Positions 57,766-64,000 of a stretch of DNA of 64,000 nt are shown here, one piece after another. The notes under the pieces were generated by a model. It was not told the DNA's origin, ran no database searches, and saw nothing but the letters and a program-made list of their open reading frames with translations. The DNA is from an uncultured Chloroflexia bacterium (GTDB lineage: Bacteria > Chloroflexota > Anaerolineae > Aggregatilineales > Phototrophicaceae). Each line of letters begins with the position of its first letter. The stretch's first letter is position 1. The stretch spans positions 298,669-362,668 of the forward strand of contig CAWJBF010000009.1 in the NCBI GenBank assembly GCA_963841085.1, in the 5' to 3' direction. The position numbers and the translations under genes were made by a program.

Positions 57766-59718
57766 GTGAATATCAGTCACATTCTCATCGGCAAGCCCCT
57801 GCAAACGAAAGATCTGCCGCATCAAGCCATCAGCAAGCCCGTTGGGTTGGCGGTCTTCGCCTCCGATGCGCTTTCCTCCACAGCTTATGCGACGCAGGAA
57901 ATGCTGATCATCCTCTCGCTGGCGGGCGGCAGTGCTGCGCTTTTTGGCCTCTCTATCCCGATTGCAATTGCGATTTCCGCGCTCCTTGTGGTTGTAACGC
58001 TGTCGTATCGCCAAACCATTTTCGCCTATCCCAATGGCGGCGGGGCCTATATCGTGGCGCGCGACAATCTGGGCGAGCTTCCGGCGCAGATTGCAGGCGC
58101 CGCCCTGCTGACCGACTACATTCTCACAGTTGCCGTCAGCGTCTCGGCCGGCGTCGAGCAAATCACGTCCGGCTTTCAGGGCCTGATCCCGTTCCGCGTC
58201 GAGATTTCAGTCGGTTTGATCATCCTCATCACCGTCATCAATCTGCGTGGCGTGAAGGAGAGCGGGCGCATCTTTGCCGTGCCCACCTATTTCTTCCTCG
58301 GCATTATGTTCCTTACACTCGGCGTGGGCTTCGTGCAATACGTCACCGGCAACCTGAATGTGGTGCAAGGTGTTGAAACAATGCAGCACTCCGTGCTCGA
58401 GCCTTTGACACTGTTTCTGATCCTGCGCACATTCTCCAGCGGATGTACGGCGCTCACAGGCATCGAGGCGATCTCGAACGGTATCACCGCATTTAAGGTG
58501 CCGCGCAGCCGCAATGCAGCGATCACACTTGTGTGGATGAGCAGCATTCTGATTGCTCTGTTTTTGGGTATCACTTTCCTCGCTCATCAGGTGGCCGCAC
58601 AGCCCAGCGATGTCGAAACCGTCATCTCTCAGCTCGGGCGCGCAATTTTCGGCAATGGCAACATCCTGTACTTCATGCTGCTGGCGGGCACAGCGCTCAT
58701 TCTGCTCATGGCCGCCAACACCAGCTACGCCGATTTTCCGCGTTTGGCCGCCCTGCATGCCGGCGATGGTTTCCTTCCGCGCCAGCTCACATTTCGCGGC
58801 GGACGCCTGGTGTTTGCCTGGGGTATTCTGGTGCTCGCCGTGGCCGCCTCCGCGCTGGTGATTGTGTCTGGCGCCAACACCTCTGCGCTCATCCCGCTGT
58901 ATGCGGTGGGGGTATTCCTCAGCTTCACCATCTCGCAATCCGGCATGGTCGTACGCCTGCGTAAGGTGGGCAAGCTCAAGCCCGGAGAGCGTGTCGAGGG
59001 CATGGACACGGTGCTGGAGCATGACCCGCACTGGCGCAGGCATCTGGCCGTCAGCGCATTTGGCGCAGTCTGTACCGGGCTGGTCGTGGTCATCTTCACC
59101 GTGACGAAGTTTGTGAGCGGGGCATGGTTCGTCGTCATCTTGATCCCGGTGCTGGTGTTCATCTTTTTCCGTATTCATCATCATTACAAGGATGTCGCCC
59201 ACAGCCTCAGCCTTAAGGGGGCACGCCCGTCGGCCGTGCAGCGCCCTGTGCGTACGCTGATCCTGATTGATGACGTACACACCGAAACGGTGCGCATGGT
59301 GGACTTTGCCAAGTCGCTGGGTCAACCGTGGGAAGCCGTGCATGTGGCTGTGAGCCCGGAAAAAGCCGAATTGGTGGAGAAGAAGTGGAAGGAGCGGATT
59401 GGTGAAGGCACGCTTGTCGTCCTCGAATCACCCTACCGCACGCTGGCCGAGCCGATTCGGGAATTCATCGAAGATATGAAAAGGCAAACGCCTAACTGCT
59501 TCGTGCATGTCATTATGGGCCAGTTAGTGATGGACAGCTTCTGGGAACAGGCACTGCACCAGAACACCGCGCTGATCTTCAATCTGGCGCTCAGCCACAT
59601 GGAAGGAATTGCCGTCACCGCCGTGCCGTATCAGGTTCACCGTCATCACAAAGGCACGCAAACCAACGCCACCGAACAGGTGGAAACACCAGCCGAACAG
59701 GAGGAGCCCGCATGCTAA
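57766..59718 (+). CDS. KimA/YdaO-like K+/H+ symporter (APC superfamily)
   Basis: LIGKPL, VFASDALSSTAYA, SYRQTIFAYPNGGGAY, GCTALTGIEAISNG, LIPLYAVGVF, SPYR, LHQNTA. Confidence 0.92.
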   Translation: MNISHILIGKPLQTKDLPHQAISKPVGLAVFASDALSSTAYATQEMLIILSLAGGSAALFGLSIPIAIAISALLVVVTLSYRQTIFAYPNGGGAYIVARDNLGELPAQIAGAALLTDYILTVAVSVSAGVEQITSGFQGLIPFRVEISVGLIILITVINLRGVKESGRIFAVPTYFFLGIMFLTLGVGFVQYVTGNLNVVQGVETMQHSVLEPLTLFLILRTFSSGCTALTGIEAISNGITAFKVPRSRNAAITLVWMSSILIALFLGITFLAHQVAAQPSDVETVISQLGRAIFGNGNILYFMLLAGTALILLMAANTSYADFPRLAALHAGDGFLPRQLTFRGGRLVFAWGILVLAVAASALVIVSGANTSALIPLYAVGVFLSFTISQSGMVVRLRKVGKLKPGERVEGMDTVLEHDPHWRRHLAVSAFGAVCTGLVVVIFTVTKFVSGAWFVVILIPVLVFIFFRIHHHYKDVAHSLSLKGARPSAVQRPVRTLILIDDVHTETVRMVDFAKSLGQPWEAVHVAVSPEKAELVEKKWKERIGEGTLVVLESPYRTLAEPIREFIEDMKRQTPNCFVHVIMGQLVMDSFWEQALHQNTALIFNLALSHMEGIAVTAVPYQVHRHHKGTQTNATEQVETPAEQEEPAC

Positions 59719-59833
59719 GGGTATTTGCAGCGCAGTGAGGGCCAAGGTACAGCGGCCTCGATTTCCCCCGTCTTTTACGCCAGCGGCGAGGCGGGGGCAG
59801 AGGGTTGATGGCGAGGAATGTTCACAACACGCT

Positions 59834-60574
59834 TTAGCCCGTCACCGCCTTCACCAGCCCTTCACTCATCGTCTGCTGGATCATGTGGCCGGGCGGAACG
59901 ATCAGGAATTCATCCTCGGGCCATTCGCCATTGACGAGCATGCGCAGCATCCGGTTATTGCCCTGCATGCGCTCATAGACCCAGCCCTCGCGCTCAGCCT
60001 GATCAATCGCCATCTGTTCAAAGCGCGCGCCGTCACCCAACCCAGTGTCGATGAAGGCGGCGCGGGTATAGTGCTGCGCCCACTTACGCATCTCCTCGAT
60101 CAGCATGTCCGCCATTTCCTTGCCGAACTTGGTCACATAGGACTCGTACTGATCTTCCAGTTCAGCGATGCCAGTCGCGCCCAGAGCAATCCGGTTATTC
60201 GCGTCCTGCCGTTCCATGTAATCGACGCTATACCAATACGTGCCCGGGTTCGACTCGAATTCCTCTTGATAGCGCGCGTTCGAACCTAAATACAGCGTAA
60301 TACAATCGTGGGCGCGCGGCAGCACCAGTGGAATGTCGCGGGCGCGCAGGCCCAGAGTTGCGCCGCCGCACATGCCGTAGACCATCAGAATCGCGTCGGC
60401 GTCGTCCGCTGCCACGGCGTCGATCTGCTCCTGCAGGATGGCACGCAGGTTGCGCGGGTGGTTGTGCAGGCCCTGCTTGTACAACTGAATACTGACCGTA
60501 TGCTCGGTCTGGGCCGACAGCGCGTAAATCGTGCGCGCCAGCGCCTCACAGGTGAGCGCCGTAAACCGCTTCAT
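59834..60574 (-). CDS. DUF1638 domain protein
   Basis: CE.LAR, GLHNHP..L, YGMCG, PRAHDCITLYLGS, PGTYW. Confidence 0.88.
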   Translation of the reverse strand: MKRFTALTCEALARTIYALSAQTEHTVSIQLYKQGLHNHPRNLRAILQEQIDAVAADDADAILMVYGMCGGATLGLRARDIPLVLPRAHDCITLYLGSNARYQEEFESNPGTYWYSVDYMERQDANNRIALGATGIAELEDQYESYVTKFGKEMADMLIEEMRKWAQHYTRAAFIDTGLGDGARFEQMAIDQAEREGWVYERMQGNNRMLRMLVNGEWPEDEFLIVPPGHMIQQTMSEGLVKAVTG

Positions 60575-60593
60575 GATCACTCCTTGAGATCTT

Positions 60594-60682
60594 AAACCGC
60601 CAAGTCGCCAAGATCGCAGAGACAAAACGCCAAGTCGATTGAGTTCAAACCCTTGGTGATCTTGGCGACTAGACGATTCAAT
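60594..60682. repeat. AACCGCCAAG-family imperfect palindrome inside an operon
   Basis: aaccgccaagtcgccaagatcgc...gtgatcttggcgactagacgatt. Confidence 0.6.
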
Positions 60683-60691
60683 CCGTTTCTA

Positions 60692-61891
60692 TCACCTAAT
60701 CGACTCGACGGCCCAGTGGTCGCCCATGGCACGACGTCCCTGTGCCAAGCCCTCGCCCTCCGAGATTTGCCGGATGACATCAGGCCGCGCCAGCATTTCG
60801 TCACGCAAGTTCACACTCAGACCCGGCCCTTCCGGCACGCGCAAATGCCCCTGCTCTACTGTAACGGACATGTCCGACAGGATCGGGAAGTAGGTTTGGT
60901 AGAAGGCGCGCACCGATTCGACGTAGAACAGGTTCGGGATGTGCGCGGCCAGATGCATGCAGGCTGCGTGACAGATCGGGCCAGCCACGTTGTGCAGCAC
61001 CAGCGGCACGCCGAAGGCCTCGGCCATGACGGCGATCTTGCGCGTTTCGGCAATGCCGCCGTTCCACACCGGGTCGGTCATCAGAATCGGCGAGACGTGC
61101 TTCACCAGCCAGTCGCGAATCTGCCAGCGCGTCATCAGCAGTTCCGAGCCGATGATCGGGATGGTCGTGCGCTGCGACACAGTCTTAATCTCGTCGGGAT
61201 AGACCGCCGGCAGCACATCTTCAAGGAACAGGATGTCGTACGGTTCCAACGCGCGGGCGATGCGCTCGATGCTGGCGCGATTCCAGCGGAAATGGCACTC
61301 GATGCCGATCTCCATGTCACCGCCCACCGCGTCACGAATCTGGCGGATCGGCTTCAATCCCGCGTCGATATCCGCCAGGCTGATGTACTGGCCGAACGAC
61401 GCCTCGCTGAACTGGTCGAACGGCCAGATTTTCATGGCGCTGATGCCATCCGCCAGCAGGCTTCGCGCGAGCACACCGGCGTCCTCATGCCAGGCGGCGT
61501 AGTCCTGCACGTCACCAAAGCCGATGCAGGTGTTGTAGGTCGGGATGCGTTCGCGGGTTTTGCCGCCCAGCAGGTGATAGAGCGGCGCGCCGTAGTGCTT
61601 GCCCATGATGTCCCACAGCGCCACTTCGAGCGCGGACAACGCCCGGGTTTCTGCGCCGGCGAAGCCGTGGTACATGATGTTGTCCATCACGAAGCGCCAC
61701 AGGCCCTCGATATCGAGCGCGTCCTGGCCCAGCACCAGCGGCGCAATCGTGCCGTGCAGCGCCCCTTTCGCGCCCGGAATCTTATCGACCGTTTCGCCCA
61801 GCCCGACCAGGCCGGTGTCGGTATGCACGCGCACGACCATCAGGCGCGGGTATTCGGGCCACTGCAGCGATTCGATTGCGCTGATCTTCAT
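60692..61891 (-). CDS. Mandelate racemase/enolase-superfamily sugar-acid dehydratase
   Basis: [35 protein letters not shown]. Confidence 0.9.
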   Translation of the reverse strand: MKISAIESLQWPEYPRLMVVRVHTDTGLVGLGETVDKIPGAKGALHGTIAPLVLGQDALDIEGLWRFVMDNIMYHGFAGAETRALSALEVALWDIMGKHYGAPLYHLLGGKTRERIPTYNTCIGFGDVQDYAAWHEDAGVLARSLLADGISAMKIWPFDQFSEASFGQYISLADIDAGLKPIRQIRDAVGGDMEIGIECHFRWNRASIERIARALEPYDILFLEDVLPAVYPDEIKTVSQRTTIPIIGSELLMTRWQIRDWLVKHVSPILMTDPVWNGGIAETRKIAVMAEAFGVPLVLHNVAGPICHAACMHLAAHIPNLFYVESVRAFYQTYFPILSDMSVTVEQGHLRVPEGPGLSVNLRDEMLARPDVIRQISEGEGLAQGRRAMGDHWAVESIR

Positions 61892-61893
61892 GC

Positions 61894-62787
61894 TCAAACC
61901 ACCTTGACGGAGTTCGTCAGCGTGCCAATGCCATCAATCGTAATCGTGCACCCGGTCACCAGCCGCAAGCGAGAAATCGACGGCAGGCACTATGCCGGTG
62001 CCGGTCATCAGCAGCACGCCGTCTGGAAAAGTCATGCTGCGGCCGAGATAATTCACCAGTTCATCAACGCGCCGGCGGATGCGGCTGGTGGAGCCTCATC
62101 CTGCACCACCGTCTCGCCTGCCCGTTCGATGGCAATGCGAATCGTCGTCTCCGGCCAGGATTCGACCGCGCCGAGCACCCACTGCGGGCCAAGCGCGCAC
62201 GAAGCGGTATAGATCTTGGCCTGCGGAAGATAGAGCGGATTTGCGCCTTCGATGTCGCGGCTGCTCATGTCGTTGCCGACCGTCATGCCCACCACTTCCA
62301 GCGCCGGGTTGATGACGAGCGCCAGTTCCGGCTCGGGCACATTCCACGCTGAATCAGCGCGAATGCCGACGGCGTCATGCGGCCCGACGACCCAACGTCC
62401 CTGCGCCTTGAAGAACAATTCGGGGCGCTCGGCGGCATAGACGCGCGCATACACATCGCCGCCGTCAACGGCTTCTTCCTGGCGGGCATCGCGGCTGCGC
62501 GCATAGGTCACGCCTGCTGCCCACACATCCTGATCATCGACTGCCGCCAGAAAATGATGTGCTCGCTCGTCGGGTGGATTATCGAGGGCCGCAAACGGCA
62601 GCGTAACCGCGCCCTGCAGCGCCGCCATTTCAAGATCGGCCAGCGCGTCGTTCAGGCGGCCCGCGCTGGCGCGCAGCCAGTGCCCGAGCGTGGGCACAGC
62701 TTCCGTCACATCATGCACCGTGTCGCCCATACGGACGCCCACGCGAACCCCTCTTTGCGGATCGTGGTAACGCAGCAGCGCGATCAT
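61894..62787 (-). CDS. Fumarylacetoacetate-hydrolase-family protein (XylX/KdxD-like; frameshifts near 3' end)
   Basis: [54 protein letters not shown]. Confidence 0.85.
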
Positions 62788-63746
62788 CGTTTGCTCCATG
62801 TCATCCGGCCCTCGGAATTGCGCGCCTGAGTGAGTTGGCCGCGCTCAGTCAGTTGGTTCAGATTGCCTAGCATCCCGTAGCTGAAGTCCTGATTGGCGCT
62901 CAACGGCCAGCCACCTAGCTTTGGCCCCAGTTCGTCGATGGCCTGGCGCAAGGTAAACGTCTGTTCATGTGCCAGCTCCAGCAGCCGGTCTTCGACATGC
63001 TGACAGTAGTCGCGGCTCTCACGCACGAACGCCATAACGGTATCCGTGCCGCGCTGCAGCGGCCAGTGCGCCGAAGCCATCAACTCAATGTCCATGCCCA
63101 GCAGCCGATCCTGCGTTTCGAGATAGGTATCGACGTAGCAGTAGGTCGGTGGCATGGCCGGCGTCCAGTCATCATTCGGGATGTGTGTGCTCATGGTCGC
63201 TTCGCCCGAGATCAACGTCTTACTGCGCGGATCGTAGACGGCGGTATGACCCCAAGTATGGCCGGGCGTGTGGACGAACTCGACTGTCCAGTCGGGGCCC
63301 AGCCGGAAAGTCTCGCTACCCACCAGCGTCATATCGACCGGGCAGCAGTCCAGGTCCACGCGCATGCCGGCCTTGCCCGCATCTCCGTAGCCGATGCCAT
63401 GATCGGCTTCGAACTGCGAATAGCGGCCGACGATCAGCGCCTCACCATCATCGATCCAAGGCTGATCAAGCGCGTGGCACATCATCAGCGCCTGCGGAGC
63501 AGCCTTCTTCATGGGCCGGTCGCCGCCCTGATGATCGACATCGGAATGCGTGATCAGGATGGCGTTCAGCCGTTTCGGGTCAAAGGCGATGCTGGCCATA
63601 TACGGCAGAATATCCTGCGCGGGGTTGTGCGCGCAGCCGGTATCGACCAGCAGCGACGCATCCTTCCCCACCAACAAATAGCAGAAAATCATGCGTGTGC
63701 CGCCGAACAGGCACTTGATCTGATGAATTCCGGGCGCGATTTCCAT
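62784..63746 (-). CDS. Metallo-beta-lactamase-fold hydrolase (possible lactonase)
   Basis: [27 protein letters not shown]. Confidence 0.88.
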   Translation of the reverse strand: MEIAPGIHQIKCLFGGTRMIFCYLLVGKDASLLVDTGCAHNPAQDILPYMASIAFDPKRLNAILITHSDVDHQGGDRPMKKAAPQALMMCHALDQPWIDDGEALIVGRYSQFEADHGIGYGDAGKAGMRVDLDCCPVDMTLVGSETFRLGPDWTVEFVHTPGHTWGHTAVYDPRSKTLISGEATMSTHIPNDDWTPAMPPTYCYVDTYLETQDRLLGMDIELMASAHWPLQRGTDTVMAFVRESRDYCQHVEDRLLELAHEQTFTLRQAIDELGPKLGGWPLSANQDFSYGMLGNLNQLTERGQLTQARNSEGRMTWSKR

Positions 63747-63780
63747 TGGTTGCCTCCCGAGGCGCTAGTTGTCGTGACAG

Positions 63781-63883
63781 GCCCTCATCCCCCTTCCCCT
63801 TCTCCCTCAGGGCGAAGGGGTGAACTGCTTCCCAATCGGGTTTGCTTCCCTCGCCCTGAGGAAGCGGAAATAAGGGTGAGGGC
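63781..63883. repeat. CCCTCA.CCCC...GGGTGAGGG composite palindrome
   Basis: gccctcatccccc..cccttctccctcagggcgaagggg ... ccctcgccctgagg..gggtgagggc. Confidence 0.75.
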
Positions 63884-63885
63884 TT

Positions 63886-64000
63886 CTATATCTCCAGCAC
63901 CGACTCTTTCGCACCGCCAACATCCGCCGGGATATCCTGCGGTTGTTCGCCTTTGACGCCCAGCCCGCCATCGACTTCGTAGTTCGCTCCGGTCACAAAG
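63886..64000 (-). CDS. SDR oxidoreductase, C-terminal fragment (runs off window)
   Basis: Minus-strand translation [14 protein letters not shown]...*, a classic SDR C-terminus. Confidence 0.75.
   Translation of the reverse strand, partial: FVTGANYEVDGGLGVKGEQPQDIPADVGGAKESVLEI

Overview
GC-rich bacterial chromosome segment, most likely Chloroflexota/Anaerolineae. That placement is an inference from the 'xAQD' signal peptides, the long-form TrmB, the recX-rny pair and the repeat types. The window holds about 60 mostly housekeeping or accessory CDSs, tRNA-Cys(GCA) and many short palindromic repeats. I found no rRNA, CRISPR array, prophage or transposase gene. Several genes carry isolated frameshifts that look like long-read indel errors. 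The most striking signal is a family of three non-autonomous ISAs1-like elements (MITEs) with CAGGGC...GCCCTG ends; two have perfect 10-bp target duplications. In all three copies the same end lies exactly 42 bp upstream of a predicted sigma70 -10 hexamer (19 bp upstream of the -35), which suggests oriented, promoter-targeted transposition. Other highlights: an unannotated ~205-nt rod-like ncRNA candidate with its own promoter upstream of recX-rny; an ARE-type ABC-F with a leader peptide and attenuator; a truncated KdpD/KdpE + USP-like + KimA potassium module; a GT9-WecB/TagA fusion next to an ADP-heptose kinase; an orphan DUF692 (MNIO) enzyme; and two enzyme paralogs with altered catalytic residues. 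All functional calls come from motif recognition by eye; no searches were run.
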